Positions 29,758 to 42,363 are shown, counted from the first letter of the stretch. The stretch is 64,000 nucleotides of DNA from Halarcobacter sp. (GCA_963676565.1 OY781089.1:1632001-1696000); one strand, 5' to 3'. Notes: a model not told the origin generated them from the letters alone. Made by a program: numbers and translations.

Positions 29758-31035
29758 TTAACTCTTATTTAAAATATCATTGGCAGCTCTAATTCCAGAT
29801 GCCCAAGCAGCAGTAATACCCCTAGAAGTTCCAGCCCCATCACCTATAATATAATATCCTTCTTTTACACAAAAGTTCTTATTTATAAATTGAGGTCTAT
29901 TTGAGTAGGTTTTTATTTCAGGATAATAAAGTATTGTAGAAGGGTGTAATACCCCTGGAACAATTGAATCAAGTTTTTTAAGTGCACTCCAGATATCTCT
30001 TAATATCTTTGCAGGCATACTAAGAGATAAATCTCCTGCAACTGCATTTGATAAAGAGGGTTTAAAGTCATATAAATCATTGTTAAAACTCTCTTTTTTA
30101 CTTCTTGAACCTAATCTAAAGTCACCAACTCTTTGCATAATAACAGAACCACCAGAAAGTTGCATAACCATTTCACCAAGTATTTTACCAAACTGTTGAC
30201 CACTTACAACAGGTTCTGTTAATCTAATAGTTTTAAGCATTGCAAAATTTACAAGTTTGTTAGGTTTTTTGTCCCTTGACATAGAGTGTCCATTTACAGA
30301 GTAATAACCTTTGTATTTTTCCCTAACTATATGAGCACAACCAGAATTTGTACAGAAAGTTCTTACCTTATTTGGAAATAAAATTTTAGGGTCATAATAC
30401 TCTTTTACTATTGGATAGTTTTCCTCTTTTAATTCAACTCTTATTCCAATATCTACAATATTATCTTTGTATTCAACGCCTATTCTATCCATCTGCTTTT
30501 GCATCCAGTCATAATCAGCTCTACCTGGGCCAAGTATGATATTATCAAAAGTAATAATCTCTCCAGTAGCAAGGGTTAACTCTTTTTTATTTTCATTTAA
30601 TTGTTCTACTTGAGTTTCTAAAGCAACACTTACACCAAGCACTTTTAATTTATCAATTAAAGAGTTAATCAAAGCGGATGATTTATCAGTTCCAACATGG
30701 GCTTGGTCTATTGCTAAAATATTAACATCAAGTTTTTTAGCCCTTTGGATATATTTTTCAATATCAAGTCTAGTTTCCATTTTAGGATTTAAATGCTGTT
30801 TTACCTCTTCAAGTAATTCATCCGCATCTTCTTTTTCCCAATGTTCAAAGGGGAAACCAACTGGATATGTGTAGTTTTGTTTACAATCATTTCGTAAACC
30901 ACCAGAGCTTATTTTTTTCTTTTCTATTAAAAGAATAGATTGATTAGAGTTTTCAGCTAATTTAAAAGCAGCTCCTAGTCCAGATGGCCCAGAACCTACA
31001 ATTATTGAGTTATAGTGTGTATTAAATTTTTCCAT
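29758..31035 (-). CDS. FAD-dependent oxidoreductase (uncharacterised flavoprotein family)
   Basis: IVGSGPSG, HVGTD, VDIGIRVE, VRTFCTN, VNGHS, GDGAGTSRG. Confidence 0.85.
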   Translation of the reverse strand: MEKFNTHYNSIIVGSGPSGLGAAFKLAENSNQSILLIEKKKISSGGLRNDCKQNYTYPVGFPFEHWEKEDADELLEEVKQHLNPKMETRLDIEKYIQRAKKLDVNILAIDQAHVGTDKSSALINSLIDKLKVLGVSVALETQVEQLNENKKELTLATGEIITFDNIILGPGRADYDWMQKQMDRIGVEYKDNIVDIGIRVELKEENYPIVKEYYDPKILFPNKVRTFCTNSGCAHIVREKYKGYYSVNGHSMSRDKKPNKLVNFAMLKTIRLTEPVVSGQQFGKILGEMVMQLSGGSVIMQRVGDFRLGSRSKKESFNNDLYDFKPSLSNAVAGDLSLSMPAKILRDIWSALKKLDSIVPGVLHPSTILYYPEIKTYSNRPQFINKNFCVKEGYYIIGDGAGTSRGITAAWASGIRAANDILNKS

Positions 31036-31097
31036 AAAAATATTATAACTAAAATTGATTACTATAAAGAATCATTTTTATACAATTATGATACAGA

Positions 31098-31514
31098 CTA
31101 AAATACAAACGATATGTCAATTATACTTATATGATAAATTTGAACCTTTACTCCAGAAGAATCTAAAATAGAATATTTAATTAATAAATCATTTGGATTT
31201 TCCAACTCACTGTTTTTATTTACAAAGTTAGTATACTTATCTTTATCTATAATAGAGTAAACAAATTGAGCTTTTTTCTTAAATTCTTCATTATTAATAT
31301 ATAAATCAAAAACTTCTTTTTGTGTAACTTCGTCATATTTATCTATGAAATTTGTTTTATATAATTCTTCTACTAAATCAGTTTTTTTAAATTCATTACT
31401 ATTATATAAATAATACTCTTCATCTAATATCTCTTCTAATCCTTTAGATATTTCAAAGTGGTTATATTTTTTATAACCATTGTCATCTTCTATTAAATGT
31501 GTTTTTTGAATCAC
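31098..31514 (-). CDS. Hypothetical protein
   Basis: ORF with AGGAG RBS and GTG start; no motif recognised. Confidence 0.75.
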   Translation of the reverse strand: MIQKTHLIEDDNGYKKYNHFEISKGLEEILDEEYYLYNSNEFKKTDLVEELYKTNFIDKYDEVTQKEVFDLYINNEEFKKKAQFVYSIIDKDKYTNFVNKNSELENPNDLLIKYSILDSSGVKVQIYHISIIDISFVF

Positions 31515-31666
31515 ATTGTCTCCTTTTTAAAAATATAACTTTATATAAATTGTCATAAAAATAGGGTTAAACTTTTAAAACGCTTAAAAGATACCATAAT
31601 CAATACTAGTTATCCTTTTAAAAAGGAAAAAAATATTAGAAAATATTCACAGAAACACCATAACTC

Positions 31667-31702
31667 TTGACATTTAATACAAATTTTATTATAATACGCG
31701 CC
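31667..31702 (+). promoter_or_regulatory. Consensus sigma70 promoter of the S10 cluster with GC-rich discriminator
   Basis: TTGACA (31667-31672), 17 bp, TATAAT (31690-31695), then acgcgcc. Confidence 0.85.
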
Positions 31703-31763
31703 CACTAAAAGTGGTTAGAGTGCTTTTTTCGGCACGTCTAACGAGTTCTTTAAAGGAAAAAAC

Positions 31764-32078
31764 ATGGAAAAAATTAGATTAAAGCTTAAAGCTTATGATC
31801 ATAGAGTTTTAGACAGAAGTGTTGCTTCAATCGTTGAAGCTGTTAAAAGAACTGGTGCTGAGTTGAGAGGTCCTATTCCTCTTCCAACAAAGATCAGAAA
31901 ATATACAGTTCTTAAAGGTCCTCACGTAAACAAAGACGCTAGAGAACAATTCGAAATTAGAGTTCACACAAGAATGATTGATATCATCGCTGCAACTCCA
32001 GATACAGTTGATTCTCTTATGAAGCTAGACTTAGCTCCAGAAGTTGATGTTGAAGTTAGATCAATGGGTCAAGAATAA
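31764..32078 (+). CDS. rpsJ: 30S ribosomal protein S10
   Basis: [28 protein letters not shown]. Confidence 0.99.
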   Translation: MEKIRLKLKAYDHRVLDRSVASIVEAVKRTGAELRGPIPLPTKIRKYTVLKGPHVNKDAREQFEIRVHTRMIDIIAATPDTVDSLMKLDLAPEVDVEVRSMGQE

Positions 32079-32094
32079 GAAGAAAGGGTAATAA

Positions 32095-32670
32095 ATGGAA
32101 TTTATCGTAGAAAAAATCGGTATGAGTAGAACTGTTTCAGTTCCATCTACACCAGTTACACTTTTAAAAGTTCTTGATACTAAAGTATGTGACGTAAATG
32201 AGGGTGTAGCACTTGTTTCGTATGCTGCAGGGAAGAAATTCAATAAAGCAATCGAAGGTCAACAAAAAAAATTCGGATTAAGCAAAGAGTTTAATAGATT
32301 TGCAACATTAAATGTAGCAAATACTGAAGCTGGTGATTTAGATGTAACTGTATTAGCTGAAGCTAAAGTTTTAAAAACAACTTTTAAAACTAAAGGTAGA
32401 GGTTTTTCTGGTGGAGTTAAAAGATGGAACTTCGCTGGTGGTAGAGCATCACACGGACACAGAATGGGTAGAAGAGTTGGTTCTATCGGTAACTGTGAAT
32501 GGCCAGGTAGAGTTATGCCAGGTAAAAAAATGCCAGGACAATACGGAAATACAAATGTAACTGTTAAAAATGAAGTTGTTTCATTCGATGCAGAAACAGG
32601 TATATTAGTTGTAAAAGGTTCAGTTTCTGGATCAAATGGTAGATTAGGAAAAGTAAGGATTGCTAAATGA
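32095..32670 (+). CDS. rplC: 50S ribosomal protein L3
   Basis: [27 protein letters not shown]; operon order. Confidence 0.98.
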   Translation: MEFIVEKIGMSRTVSVPSTPVTLLKVLDTKVCDVNEGVALVSYAAGKKFNKAIEGQQKKFGLSKEFNRFATLNVANTEAGDLDVTVLAEAKVLKTTFKTKGRGFSGGVKRWNFAGGRASHGHRMGRRVGSIGNCEWPGRVMPGKKMPGQYGNTNVTVKNEVVSFDAETGILVVKGSVSGSNGRLGKVRIAK

Positions 32671-33257
32671 GTAACGCAGTAGCAGTAAAAACAAATGAGT
32701 TACCAGAGTCTTTTAAAGACATTAACTCACACAATTTATATCTTTATGTTAAATCTTACTTAGCTGCTCAAAGAGCAAATACTGCTAGAGTAAAAAACAG
32801 AACAGAAGTAAGCGGTGGTGGTAAAAAACCAAAAGCTCAAAAAGGTTCTGGTGGAGCAAGATGGGGTTCTAAAAGATCACCACTATTCGTTGGTGGAGGT
32901 CAAGTATTTGGACCTACAAAAAGAAACTACAACCAAAAGATCAACAAAAAGCAAAAAGCTTTAGCATTAAAATATGCTATTAACGCTCAAGCTGACAATG
33001 GTTCTTTATTTGTTGCTGATTCAATCAAAGTTGAATCTGGTAAAACTAAAGATGCGGTTTCAATCATTAGTGCATTAAATGCAAGAGATACATTAGTAAT
33101 TGTTAATACAATTGATGAAAAAACATATTTAGCGTTCAGAAATGTTAAAAACTGTTACATGATTGAAAAACAAGAAGTAAATGCTTATGTAGTTGCAGCA
33201 TACCATTCAGTACTTGTTGAAAAAGAAGTACTTGAATCATTAACAAAAGAGGCGTAA
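32667..33257 (+). CDS. rplD: 50S ribosomal protein L4
   Basis: [22 protein letters not shown]. Confidence 0.98.
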   Translation: MSNAVAVKTNELPESFKDINSHNLYLYVKSYLAAQRANTARVKNRTEVSGGGKKPKAQKGSGGARWGSKRSPLFVGGGQVFGPTKRNYNQKINKKQKALALKYAINAQADNGSLFVADSIKVESGKTKDAVSIISALNARDTLVIVNTIDEKTYLAFRNVKNCYMIEKQEVNAYVVAAYHSVLVEKEVLESLTKEA

Positions 33258-33258
33258 G

Positions 33259-33540
33259 ATGGCAGATATTACAGATATTAAAGCAATATTATACACAGAA
33301 AAGACAATCGAGCTTCAAGAAAACGGTGTAATCGTTGTTCAAACTAGTCCTAGAATGACTAAAAACGGTTTAAAAGAAGTATTTAAAGAGTATTTTGGTG
33401 TTACTCCATTAAAAATTAACTCTTTAAGACAAGATGGTAAAGTTAAAAGATTTAGAGGAAGACCTGGAAAAAGACCAGACTTCAAAAAATTCTATGTTAC
33501 ATTACCAGAAGACGCAGAAATTGCGAACTTATCAGCGTAA
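33259..33540 (+). CDS. rplW: 50S ribosomal protein L23
   Basis: [19 protein letters not shown]. Confidence 0.97.
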   Translation: MADITDIKAILYTEKTIELQENGVIVVQTSPRMTKNGLKEVFKEYFGVTPLKINSLRQDGKVKRFRGRPGKRPDFKKFYVTLPEDAEIANLSA

Positions 33541-33551
33541 GGAGATTATAG

Positions 33552-34379
33552 ATGGCAATTAAAAAATTTAGACCAATAACTCCTGCAAGAAGATTCATGT
33601 CTGTTATGGATACTTCTGATATTACTTCTAAACCAACAGTTAGATCTTTATTAAAAAGAATTAGCGCAAAAGCTGGTAGAAATAATAACGGTAGAATTAC
33701 TTCAAGACACAAAGAAGCAGGTGCTAAAAAATTATATAGAATTATTGACTTCAAAAGAAATAAATTTGGTGTTGAAGGAACAGTTGCAACTGTTGAGTAC
33801 GATCCATACAGAAACTGTAGAATTTGTTTAATTAACTATTTAGATGGTGACAAAAGATATATCTTACAACCATCAGGATTAAAAGTTGGAGATAAAGTTC
33901 AAGCTGCTGAATCTGGATTAGATATTGTTCCAGGTAACGCTATGACTTTAAAAGCAATTCCAGTTGGTACAATGGTTCATAATGTTGAACTTAAACCTGG
34001 AAAAGGTGGACAATTAGTAAGATCTGCTGGTGCATATGCACAAATCATGGGTAGAGAAGACAAATATGTTATTTTAAGATTACCATCAGGTGAGATGAGA
34101 AAAATCTTAGGTGTTTGTATTGCAACTATTGGTGTTGTTGGAAACGAAGATTTCTCAAACATGGTAATTGGTAAAGCTGGTAGAACTAGACACCTTGGTA
34201 TTAGACCACAAACTAGAGGTTCTGCAATGAACCCAATTGATCACCCACACGGTGGTGGTGAAGGTAAAACTAACTCAGGAAGACATCCAGTTACTCCTTG
34301 GGGTATGCCAACTAAAGGTTATAAAACTAGAAAGAAAAAAGCTAGTGATAAATTAATCATTTCAAGAAGAAAGAAGTAA
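33552..34379 (+). CDS. rplB: 50S ribosomal protein L2
   Basis: [29 protein letters not shown]. Confidence 0.99.
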   Translation: MAIKKFRPITPARRFMSVMDTSDITSKPTVRSLLKRISAKAGRNNNGRITSRHKEAGAKKLYRIIDFKRNKFGVEGTVATVEYDPYRNCRICLINYLDGDKRYILQPSGLKVGDKVQAAESGLDIVPGNAMTLKAIPVGTMVHNVELKPGKGGQLVRSAGAYAQIMGREDKYVILRLPSGEMRKILGVCIATIGVVGNEDFSNMVIGKAGRTRHLGIRPQTRGSAMNPIDHPHGGGEGKTNSGRHPVTPWGMPTKGYKTRKKKASDKLIISRRKK

Positions 34380-34388
34380 GGGTTTAAG

Positions 34389-34664
34389 ATGGCAAGATCA
34401 ATAAAAAAAGGTCCATTTGTAGACGCACACTTAATGAAAAAAGTTATCAAAGCTAATGAAGCTAATGATAAAAAACCAATTAAAACTTGGTCAAGAAGAT
34501 CAATGGTATTACCAGATATGATTGGATTAACTTTCAATGTGCACAATGGAAGAAACTTCGTTCCAGTAAATATTACTGAGAATCACGTTGGATATAAATT
34601 AGGTGAATTTGCACCAACTAGAACATTCAAGGGCCATAAAGGTTCTGTACAGAAGAAGGCGTAA
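34389..34664 (+). CDS. rpsS: 30S ribosomal protein S19
   Basis: [24 protein letters not shown]. Confidence 0.99.
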   Translation: MARSIKKGPFVDAHLMKKVIKANEANDKKPIKTWSRRSMVLPDMIGLTFNVHNGRNFVPVNITENHVGYKLGEFAPTRTFKGHKGSVQKKA

Positions 34665-34666
34665 TA

Positions 34667-34999
34667 ATGGGTAAAGCTATATTAAGATTTATTAGAGTTT
34701 CTCCAACTAAAGCAAGATTAATTGCAAGAGAAGTTCAAGGTATGAATGCAGAGTATGCAATTGCATCTTTAGAATTCACTCCTAACAAAGCTGCTGGTAT
34801 TATTTCAAAAGTTATCGCTTCTGCTGTAGCAAACGCTGGTTTAGAACCAGAAGAAGCTGTAATTACATCTGCTAGAGTAGATAAAGGTCCAGTTTTAAAA
34901 AGATTCACTCCAAGAGCAAGAGGTAGTGCATCACCAAAACATAAACCAACTGCACACATTATGATTGAAGTAGCGGCTGCTGAAAAAGGAGATAAGTAA
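34667..34999 (+). CDS. rplV: 50S ribosomal protein L22
   Basis: [19 protein letters not shown]. Confidence 0.98.
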   Translation: MGKAILRFIRVSPTKARLIAREVQGMNAEYAIASLEFTPNKAAGIISKVIASAVANAGLEPEEAVITSARVDKGPVLKRFTPRARGSASPKHKPTAHIMIEVAAAEKGDK

Positions 35000-35700
35000 T
35001 GGGTCAAAAAGTTAATCCAATAGGTTTAAGATTAGGTATCAACAGAAACTGGGAATCTAGATGGTTTCCTAAATTCTCTAATATGCCTGCAAACGTTGCT
35101 GAAGATGACAAAATCAGAAAGTATGTTAAAAAAGAATTATACTATGCTGGAATTGCTCAAACAATCGTAGAAAGAACTGCTAAAAAAGTTAGAGTTACTG
35201 TTGTTGCTGCTAGACCTGGTATCATCATTGGTAAAAAAGGTGCAGATGTTGAAAAACTAAAAAACAATCTTTCTAAATTAGTTGGTAAAGAGATTGCAGT
35301 TAACATTAAAGAAGAGAGAAAACCACAACTTTCTGGTCAATTAGCTGCTGAAAATGTTGCTCAACAATTAGAAAGAAGAGTTGCATTTAGAAGAGCTATG
35401 AAAAGAGTTATGCAAAATGCAATTAAATCTGGTGCAAAAGGTATTAAAGTATCTGTTTCTGGTAGACTTGGTGGAGCTGAAATGGCTAGAACTGAGTGGT
35501 ACTTAGAGGGAAGAGTTCCTTTACATACATTAAGAGCTAGAATTGATTATGGTTTCGCTGAAGCACATACAACTTATGGTTGTATTGGTATTAAAGTATG
35601 GATCTTCAAAGGTGAGGTACTTGCAAAAGGTATCCCTGCTGAAAAAGACACTGCTTCTAAACCACAAAAAAGAAGACCAAGTAAAAGAAGAGGTAAATAA
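34999..35700 (+). CDS. rpsC: 30S ribosomal protein S3
   Basis: [36 protein letters not shown]. Confidence 0.99.
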   Translation: MGQKVNPIGLRLGINRNWESRWFPKFSNMPANVAEDDKIRKYVKKELYYAGIAQTIVERTAKKVRVTVVAARPGIIIGKKGADVEKLKNNLSKLVGKEIAVNIKEERKPQLSGQLAAENVAQQLERRVAFRRAMKRVMQNAIKSGAKGIKVSVSGRLGGAEMARTEWYLEGRVPLHTLRARIDYGFAEAHTTYGCIGIKVWIFKGEVLAKGIPAEKDTASKPQKRRPSKRRGK

Positions 35701-35702
35701 TT

Positions 35703-36128
35703 ATGTTAATGCCTAAAAGAACAAAATACAGAAAGCAAATGAAGGGTAGAAACAGAGGTAAATCTGGAAGAGCCAACACTTTAGCTTATGGTGAGTTTGG
35801 AATCAAAGCACTTGAACATGGAAGAATCGATTCAAGACAAATTGAAGCTGCCAGAATTGCTATGACAAGAGCTATCAAAAGAGCTGGTAAAGTATGGATT
35901 ATGGTATTCCCTCATAAACCTTTAACTAAAAGACCACTAGAAGTGAGAATGGGTAAAGGTAAAGGTCCAATTGACAAGTGGGTAATGAATATTAAGCCAG
36001 GAAGAATTTGTTTCGAAATGGCGGGTGTTTCTGAAGATTTAGCAAAATCTGCTCTAACTTTAGCACAACACAAATTACCATTCAAAACTAAAATTGTAAG
36101 TAGAGAAAGTGAAAATGATTTATTCTGA
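35703..36128 (+). CDS. rplP: 50S ribosomal protein L16
   Basis: [25 protein letters not shown]. Confidence 0.99.
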   Translation: MLMPKRTKYRKQMKGRNRGKSGRANTLAYGEFGIKALEHGRIDSRQIEAARIAMTRAIKRAGKVWIMVFPHKPLTKRPLEVRMGKGKGPIDKWVMNIKPGRICFEMAGVSEDLAKSALTLAQHKLPFKTKIVSRESENDLF

Positions 36129-36306
36129 TTTAAATGAAAAAAGCTTACAAGAGCTAAATGAGTTATTAAAAGAGAAAAAGGTGCTTCTTTTTGAATTAAA
36201 AGCTAAGCTAAAAACTATGCAGTTAACAAATACTTCTGAATTAAGAGCGTGCAAAAAAGATATCGCTAGAATTCAAACAGCAATTACTGCAGCTAAAGCT
36301 AAGTAA
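36115..36306 (+). CDS. rpmC: 50S ribosomal protein L29
   Basis: KKDIARIQT; position after rplP. Confidence 0.95.
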   Translation: MIYSDLNEKSLQELNELLKEKKVLLFELKAKLKTMQLTNTSELRACKKDIARIQTAITAAKAK

Positions 36307-36317
36307 GGATCTAAAGT

Positions 36318-36569
36318 ATGACACATAAAAGAGAGATTCAAGGTGTTGTAGTAAAAAAATCTGGTGATAAGACTGCTTCAGTATTAGTTACTAGATACGT
36401 TTTACACCCAAAATACCACAAGACTGTTAAGAGATTTAAAAAATACTTAGTGCATGATGAAAGAAATGAATTAAATGAAGGTGACACTGTAATTGCGGTT
36501 GAGTGTAGACCTCTTTCTAAAACAAAATCTTTCAGATTAAAGAAAATTGTTGCTACAGGAGTTAAATAA
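36318..36569 (+). CDS. rpsQ: 30S ribosomal protein S17
   Basis: [18 protein letters not shown]. Confidence 0.98.
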   Translation: MTHKREIQGVVVKKSGDKTASVLVTRYVLHPKYHKTVKRFKKYLVHDERNELNEGDTVIAVECRPLSKTKSFRLKKIVATGVK

Positions 36570-36937
36570 TGATTCAAAGTTTTACTAGATTAAATGTAGC
36601 TGATAACACTGGTGCTAAAGAGATCATGTGTATCAAAGTTCTTGGTGGAAGTCATAGAAGATATGCTTCTGTTGGTGATGTAATTGTAGCTTCAGTTAAA
36701 AAAGCTTTACCAACTGGTAAAGTTAAAAAAGGTGCTGTTGTTAAAGCTGTTGTTGTAAGAACTCATAAAGAAGTTCAAAGAGAAAACGGATCTTTAATTA
36801 GATTTGATGACAACGCTGCAGTTATCCTTGATGCTAAAAAAGAGCCAATTGGGACAAGAATTTTTGGACCTGTTGCTAGAGAAGTTAGATACGCAGGATT
36901 CATGAAAATTGTTTCACTTGCTCCGGAGGTACTATAA
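36569..36937 (+). CDS. rplN: 50S ribosomal protein L14
   Basis: [30 protein letters not shown]. Confidence 0.99.
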   Translation: MIQSFTRLNVADNTGAKEIMCIKVLGGSHRRYASVGDVIVASVKKALPTGKVKKGAVVKAVVVRTHKEVQRENGSLIRFDDNAAVILDAKKEPIGTRIFGPVAREVRYAGFMKIVSLAPEVL

Positions 36938-37167
36938 TGGCTTTAAAAATTAAAAAAGGTGATACTGTAAAAATCATCGCTGGTGATGATAAGGGTAAAA
37001 CTGGTGAAGTTTTAGCTGTAATCCCATCAAAAAAACAAGTAATTGTTAAAGATTGTAAAGTTGCTAAAAAAACTGTTAAACCATCTGAAGAAAATAAAGA
37101 TGGTGGATTTGTAAACAAAGAGATGCCAATTGATATCTCAAATGTAGCAAAAGTAGAAGGTGAATAG
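36937..37167 (+). CDS. rplX: 50S ribosomal protein L24
   Basis: [22 protein letters not shown] motif, PIDISNV. Confidence 0.97.
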   Translation: MALKIKKGDTVKIIAGDDKGKTGEVLAVIPSKKQVIVKDCKVAKKTVKPSEENKDGGFVNKEMPIDISNVAKVEGE

Positions 37168-37168
37168 T

Positions 37169-37717
37169 ATGGCAGCAAGATTATTAGAAAGATATAAAAC
37201 AGAAATTAAACCAGTTTTAGAAACTGAATTTCCTAAAAATAAAATGTTAACTGCTAAATTAGACAAAGTTGTTATCTCTGTTGGTGCAGGTGAAGCAATG
37301 AAAGATTCTAAATTAATGCAAAACATTCAAGATACAATCTCTTTAATCGCTGGTCAACAAGCAGTTAAAGTTATTGCTAAAAAATCAGTTGCTGGTTTTA
37401 AAGTAAGAGAAGGTTACCCTGTAGGTGTTAAAGTAACTCTTAGAGGTGAACAAATGTATACATTCTTAGATAAATTATGTTCAATCGCTTTACCAAGAGT
37501 AAAAGACTTTAGAGGTCTTAATAGAAATGGTTTTGATGGTCAAGGTAACTTTAACTTTGGTCTTGATGAACAATTAATGTTCCCAGAAGTAGTTTATGAT
37601 AACATTATCAAAACTCATGGTATGAATATTTCAATTTCAACAACTGCAAACAATGATCAAGAAGCATATAGATTATTAGAGCTTGTTGGAGTTCCATTTA
37701 CTAAAGGAAGAGCGTAA
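37169..37717 (+). CDS. rplE: 50S ribosomal protein L5
   Basis: [29 protein letters not shown]. Confidence 0.98.
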   Translation: MAARLLERYKTEIKPVLETEFPKNKMLTAKLDKVVISVGAGEAMKDSKLMQNIQDTISLIAGQQAVKVIAKKSVAGFKVREGYPVGVKVTLRGEQMYTFLDKLCSIALPRVKDFRGLNRNGFDGQGNFNFGLDEQLMFPEVVYDNIIKTHGMNISISTTANNDQEAYRLLELVGVPFTKGRA

Positions 37718-37902
37718 TGGCAAAGAAATCTATGATTGCTAAACAAAAGAGAACTCCTAAGTTCTCTTCAAGAGCATATACAAGATGTTCAGTATGTGGT
37801 AGACCACATTCAGTATACAGAGATTTTGGTCTTTGTAGAGTTTGTTTAAGAAAAATGGCTAACGAGGGATTACTTCCTGGCGTTAAGAAATCTAGTTGGT
37901 AG
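37717..37902 (+). CDS. rpsN: 30S ribosomal protein S14, zinc-binding type Z
   Basis: RCSVCGRP...[16 protein letters not shown]. Confidence 0.98.
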   Translation: MAKKSMIAKQKRTPKFSSRAYTRCSVCGRPHSVYRDFGLCRVCLRKMANEGLLPGVKKSSW

Positions 37903-37915
37903 GAGAATAAAAGCT

Positions 37916-38314
37916 ATGATGAATGATATTATCGCAGATGCTTTAACTAGAATTAGAAATGCTGCAATGAGAAAATTAGAAGTTGCAACATTATTACATT
38001 CTAATACAGTTGTTGGTATCTTAGAAGTTTTACAACAAAAAGAGTATATTGAATCTTTCAAAGTAATTGATGGTGAAAATAATAAAAAGACTATTCAAGT
38101 AACATTGAAATATGATGATAACGACAACTCAGTTATTAACGAAATTAAAAGAGTTTCAACACCAGGTAGAAGAGTTTACAAAGGTGCTGAAGAGATTAAA
38201 AGTTTTAAAAACGGATATGGTACAATCATTGTTTCTACAAACAAAGGTGTAATTGCAAATGATGAAGCTCACGCTGCTAAAGTTGGTGGTGAAGTGCTTT
38301 GTACTGTATGGTAG
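37916..38314 (+). CDS. rpsH: 30S ribosomal protein S8
   Basis: [28 protein letters not shown]. Confidence 0.98.
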   Translation: MMNDIIADALTRIRNAAMRKLEVATLLHSNTVVGILEVLQQKEYIESFKVIDGENNKKTIQVTLKYDDNDNSVINEIKRVSTPGRRVYKGAEEIKSFKNGYGTIIVSTNKGVIANDEAHAAKVGGEVLCTVW

Positions 38315-38323
38315 GAGAATGTA

Positions 38324-38857
38324 ATGTCTAGAATTGGAAAAAAACCTATCACTATCCCATCAGGAGTTGAAGTAACTGTTGATGGTACAGTAGTAAACGT
38401 AAAAAAAGGGAACAAAACTATTCCTGTTGAAACACACGGAAGAGTTGAAACTAAAATCGAAAACAACGAAGTTGTTTTAGAAAAAGTTGGAGAAACTAAA
38501 GAATCTTCTGCTTTCTGGGGAACTTACAGAGCATTAATTAACAATGCAGTTGTTGGTTTATCTGAAGGTTTCCAAAAATCTCTTGAAATCAACGGTGTTG
38601 GTTATAGAGCTGCTGTAAAAGGAAAAGTATTAGAACTACAATTAGGTTATTCTCACCCAATTAACTATGAAATCGCTGATGGATTAGAAATTACTGTTGA
38701 GAAAAACATTATTCACGTAAAAGGTGCTGACAAACAACAAGTTGGTCAAGCTGCTGCGATTATTAGAGGCTTTAGAGCTCCTGAACCATACAAAGGTAAA
38801 GGTGTGAAATATACTGACGAGCATATCGTTAGAAAAGCTGGTAAAACTGCTAAGTAA
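38324..38857 (+). CDS. rplF: 50S ribosomal protein L6
   Basis: [23 protein letters not shown]. Confidence 0.99.
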   Translation: MSRIGKKPITIPSGVEVTVDGTVVNVKKGNKTIPVETHGRVETKIENNEVVLEKVGETKESSAFWGTYRALINNAVVGLSEGFQKSLEINGVGYRAAVKGKVLELQLGYSHPINYEIADGLEITVEKNIIHVKGADKQQVGQAAAIIRGFRAPEPYKGKGVKYTDEHIVRKAGKTAK

Positions 38858-38867
38858 GGTGTGAAGT

Positions 38868-39230
38868 ATGAGTAGAGCAAAAGATTTATTAAAAAAGAAC
38901 TCTTTAAGAGCAATCAGAAAAAAAAGAGTTAGAGGAAGTATCGGAAAAGGTACAGCTGAAACACCTAGAGTAACAATTTTTAGATCAAATAAATACTTAA
39001 GTGCACAAGCAATTAATGATATTGATGGTGTTACATTAGCAGCTTCTGGTTCTAAAGCTTTAGGATTAGGTGCTAATAAAGAAAGTGCAGCAAAAGTTGC
39101 AGCAGAATTTGCAGAAAAATTAAAAGCTGCTGGAATTGAAGTAGTTAAATTTGATAGAAATGGGTACCTTTATCATGGTGTTGTTGCAGCATTTGCTGAT
39201 GCACTAAGAGAAAATGGTATCAAATTATAA
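38868..39230 (+). CDS. rplR: 50S ribosomal protein L18
   Basis: [20 protein letters not shown]. Confidence 0.98.
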   Translation: MSRAKDLLKKNSLRAIRKKRVRGSIGKGTAETPRVTIFRSNKYLSAQAINDIDGVTLAASGSKALGLGANKESAAKVAAEFAEKLKAAGIEVVKFDRNGYLYHGVVAAFADALRENGIKL

Positions 39231-39236
39231 GGGTTA

Positions 39237-39683
39237 ATGATGGCAGCAGTAAATAGAGAAGATTTTCAAGAAGCAATCGTTAAAATCGGAAGAGTAACAA
39301 AAGTTGTAAAAGGTGGTAGAAGATTTAGATTTACAGCTTTAGTTGTTGTTGGAGATAAAAACGGTACAGTAGGATTTGGAACAGGAAAAGCAAAAGAGGT
39401 TCCTGATGCAATTAAAAAAGCTTTAGATGATGCATTCAAGTCTTTAGTTAAAGTTAACATTCATGGTACTACAATTACACATGATATTGAACATAAATAT
39501 AATTCAAGTAAAATTCTTTTAAAACCAGCTTCAGAAGGTACAGGACTTATCGCAGGTGGTGCGACAAGACCAGTTCTAGAGTTAGCAGGGGTTAAAGATA
39601 TTATTGCGAAATCTTTAGGTTCAAATAATCCAAATAACCTTGTACAAGCTACAGTTGAAGCATTAGCAAGAATTAAAGGATAA
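39237..39683 (+). CDS. rpsE: 30S ribosomal protein S5
   Basis: [32 protein letters not shown]. Confidence 0.99.
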   Translation: MMAAVNREDFQEAIVKIGRVTKVVKGGRRFRFTALVVVGDKNGTVGFGTGKAKEVPDAIKKALDDAFKSLVKVNIHGTTITHDIEHKYNSSKILLKPASEGTGLIAGGATRPVLELAGVKDIIAKSLGSNNPNNLVQATVEALARIKG

Positions 39684-39688
39684 GAAAG

Positions 39689-40087
39689 ATGGCATTAGAT
39701 AATTTACAACCAGCAACTGGAAGTACTAAAAACGTAAAAAGAGTAGGTAGAGGTCAAGGTTCAGGAATGGGTAAGACTTCTACAAGAGGTCAAAAAGGTC
39801 AAAAATCTAGATCTGGATTTAAAATTAAAAGACACTTTGAAGGTGGTCAAATGCCACTTCAAAAAAGAGTTCCTAAAATAGGATTCTTTTCAAGAGTATC
39901 TAAGCCTTATACAATTAATGTTGAAAAAGTAAAACAAGTGGCAGCACTTGAAGAGATTACAGTTGAAACTATTAAATCTGTATACAAACTATCTAAGTCT
40001 GTTACAAAAGTTAAATTAATTGGTGCAACTGCAAAAGACTTAGCATCTAAAATTAAAGACGAAAACGTAACAACTACTGGAAATTAG
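39689..40087 (+). CDS. rplO: 50S ribosomal protein L15
   Basis: [34 protein letters not shown]. Confidence 0.99.
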   Translation: MALDNLQPATGSTKNVKRVGRGQGSGMGKTSTRGQKGQKSRSGFKIKRHFEGGQMPLQKRVPKIGFFSRVSKPYTINVEKVKQVAALEEITVETIKSVYKLSKSVTKVKLIGATAKDLASKIKDENVTTTGN

Positions 40088-40089
40088 TT

Positions 40090-41352
40090 ATGAGTAAAGA
40101 TCTAATAAATAAGATTCTTATTACATTAGGTTTTATTTTACTTTACAGGTTACTGGCATACGTGCCAGTTCCTGGAGTTAATATAGACGTAGTTAAAGAA
40201 TTCTTCGATTCAAATGCAAATAATGCATTGGGTCTTGTAAATATGTTTAGTGGTAATGCAGTTGAAAGACTGTCAATTATTTCACTAGGTATTATGCCTT
40301 ACATTACAGCTTCAATTATTATGGAGCTATTAGCCGCAACTTTCCCTAACCTTGGTAAAATGAAAAAAGAGCGAGATGGGATGCAAAAATATATGCAAAT
40401 CATCAGATATACAACTATTGTAATTACTTTAATTCAATCTGTTGGTGTATCAATGGGTCTTAATTCATTAACTGGACAAAGTGGACAAAGTGCAATTTCA
40501 ATTGATATGGATACGTTTGTAGCTGTATCATCAATTTCTATGTTAACTGGTACAATGCTTCTTATGTGGATTGGTGAACAAATCACTCAAAAAGGTATTG
40601 GTAACGGTATTTCATTAATTATCTTCGCTGGTATTGTTTCTGCAATTCCTGGAGCAATTGGTGGAACTATTGATTTAGTTAACAATGGACAAATGAATTT
40701 CTTAACGGTAATTGCAATTTTAGTAATTGTTTTAGCTACTGTTGGAGCAATTATTTATGTAGAATTAGGTGAAAGAAGAGTACCTGTTTCTTACTCTAGA
40801 AAAGTTATGATGCAAAATCAGAAAAAAAGAGTAATGAATTATATTCCAATAAAAGTGAATTTATCAGGTGTTATTCCAGCTATTTTTGCAAGTGCAATTT
40901 TAATGTTCCCTGCAACTATATTGCAAGGTACACAAAATAAGTATTTATTAATGGTAGCAGATTTCTTAAGTCCACAATCATATACATTTAATGTACTTAT
41001 GTTTTTATTTGTAGTTTTCTTTGCATTCTTCTATGCATCAATTACATTTAATGCAAAAGACATTTCTGAAAACTTAAAAAAACAAGGTGGTTTTATTCCT
41101 GGTGTTAGACCTGGAGCATCGACTGCAGATTTTTTAAATGAAGTAGCTAGTAGATTAACTCTTTGGGGTGCAATCTATTTAGGACTTATTTCAACTTTAC
41201 CATGGCTAATTGTAAAAGCTATGGGTGTTCCTTTCTATTTCGGAGGGGTTGCTGTACTTATTGTTGTTCAAGTTGCAATTGATACTATGAGAAAAATTGA
41301 AGCTCAACAATATATGAATAAGTACGAAACATTAAGTGCAGTTGGACTGTAA
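40090..41352 (+). CDS. secY: Preprotein translocase subunit SecY
   Basis: LGIMPYITASII, GIGNGISLIIF, GFIPGVRPG. Confidence 0.99.
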   Translation: MSKDLINKILITLGFILLYRLLAYVPVPGVNIDVVKEFFDSNANNALGLVNMFSGNAVERLSIISLGIMPYITASIIMELLAATFPNLGKMKKERDGMQKYMQIIRYTTIVITLIQSVGVSMGLNSLTGQSGQSAISIDMDTFVAVSSISMLTGTMLLMWIGEQITQKGIGNGISLIIFAGIVSAIPGAIGGTIDLVNNGQMNFLTVIAILVIVLATVGAIIYVELGERRVPVSYSRKVMMQNQKKRVMNYIPIKVNLSGVIPAIFASAILMFPATILQGTQNKYLLMVADFLSPQSYTFNVLMFLFVVFFAFFYASITFNAKDISENLKKQGGFIPGVRPGASTADFLNEVASRLTLWGAIYLGLISTLPWLIVKAMGVPFYFGGVAVLIVVQVAIDTMRKIEAQQYMNKYETLSAVGL

Positions 41353-41358
41353 TTAATT

Positions 41359-42123
41359 ATGGCTATTCCTTTAAGAAAACCAAACGAAATATCTAAGTTA
41401 GCAACGGCGTCTCAAGCTGTTGCTAAAACACTAAAATACCTAGAACAAAATGTTAAAGCAGGAATGACTTTAAAAGAGGTAGATGCAATGGGTGAAGCAT
41501 ATTTGCGAAATCTTGGTGCAAGACCATCTTTTAAAGGACTTTATGGTTTCCCAGGCGCAGTATGTACTTCGTTAAATGAAGTTATTATTCATGGAATCCC
41601 TGATGATACAGTTTTAAAAGAGGGTGACATTTTAGGATTAGATGTAGGTAGCGAGATAGATGGATGGTATGGTGATGCAGCAATTACTATGCCTATAGGA
41701 CAAATATCAAAAGAAGATGAAGCTTTAATTGCTTGTTCAAAAGATGCTTTATATCATGCAATTGATGTGATTAAAGAGGGTATGAGATTTAAAGAATTAT
41801 CTTTAGAAATTGAAAAATTCATTGTTAGTAAAGGTTATCAACCACTAACAAGGTTTTGTGGACATGGAATTGGTAAAAAACCTCATGGTGAACCTGAAAT
41901 TCCTAATTATTTAGAATCAGGAAACGCAAAATCAGGCCCAAAAATCAAAAATGGTATGGTGTTTTGTTTAGAACCTATGATTTGTCAAAAACTTAGAGAA
42001 CCAGTTATTTTAGATAATGAATGGGATGTCGTAAGTGAAGATAGATTAAGAGGTAGTCATTATGAGCATACAGTTGCTGTAGTAGACGGAAAAGCAGTGA
42101 TTTTAAGTCAAGTAGATGAGTAA
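41359..42123 (+). CDS. map: Methionine aminopeptidase type I
   Basis: [23 protein letters not shown]. Confidence 0.97.
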   Translation: MAIPLRKPNEISKLATASQAVAKTLKYLEQNVKAGMTLKEVDAMGEAYLRNLGARPSFKGLYGFPGAVCTSLNEVIIHGIPDDTVLKEGDILGLDVGSEIDGWYGDAAITMPIGQISKEDEALIACSKDALYHAIDVIKEGMRFKELSLEIEKFIVSKGYQPLTRFCGHGIGKKPHGEPEIPNYLESGNAKSGPKIKNGMVFCLEPMICQKLREPVILDNEWDVVSEDRLRGSHYEHTVAVVDGKAVILSQVDE

Positions 42124-42137
42124 ACTTAGGAGACAAA

Positions 42138-42356
42138 GTGGCAAAAGATGATGTAATAGTAATTGATGGAAAAGTAATTGAAGCTTTACCAAATGCTATG
42201 TTTAGAGTTGAATTAGATAATGGACATGTTGTATTGTGTCATATCTCAGGAAAAATGAGAATGCACTATATTAAGATCTTACCTGGAGACAAAGTAAAAG
42301 TTGAAATTACTCCTTACTCTCTAGATAAGGGAAGAATTACACATAGATATAAATAA
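42138..42356 (+). CDS. infA: Translation initiation factor IF-1
   Basis: [28 protein letters not shown]. Confidence 0.99.
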   Translation: MAKDDVIVIDGKVIEALPNAMFRVELDNGHVVLCHISGKMRMHYIKILPGDKVKVEITPYSLDKGRITHRYK

Positions 42357-42363
42357 TAATATT

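Noticed and set aside
39683..39689. Absence of rpmD (L30) between rpsE and rplO
   Set aside because: Normal for Campylobacterota
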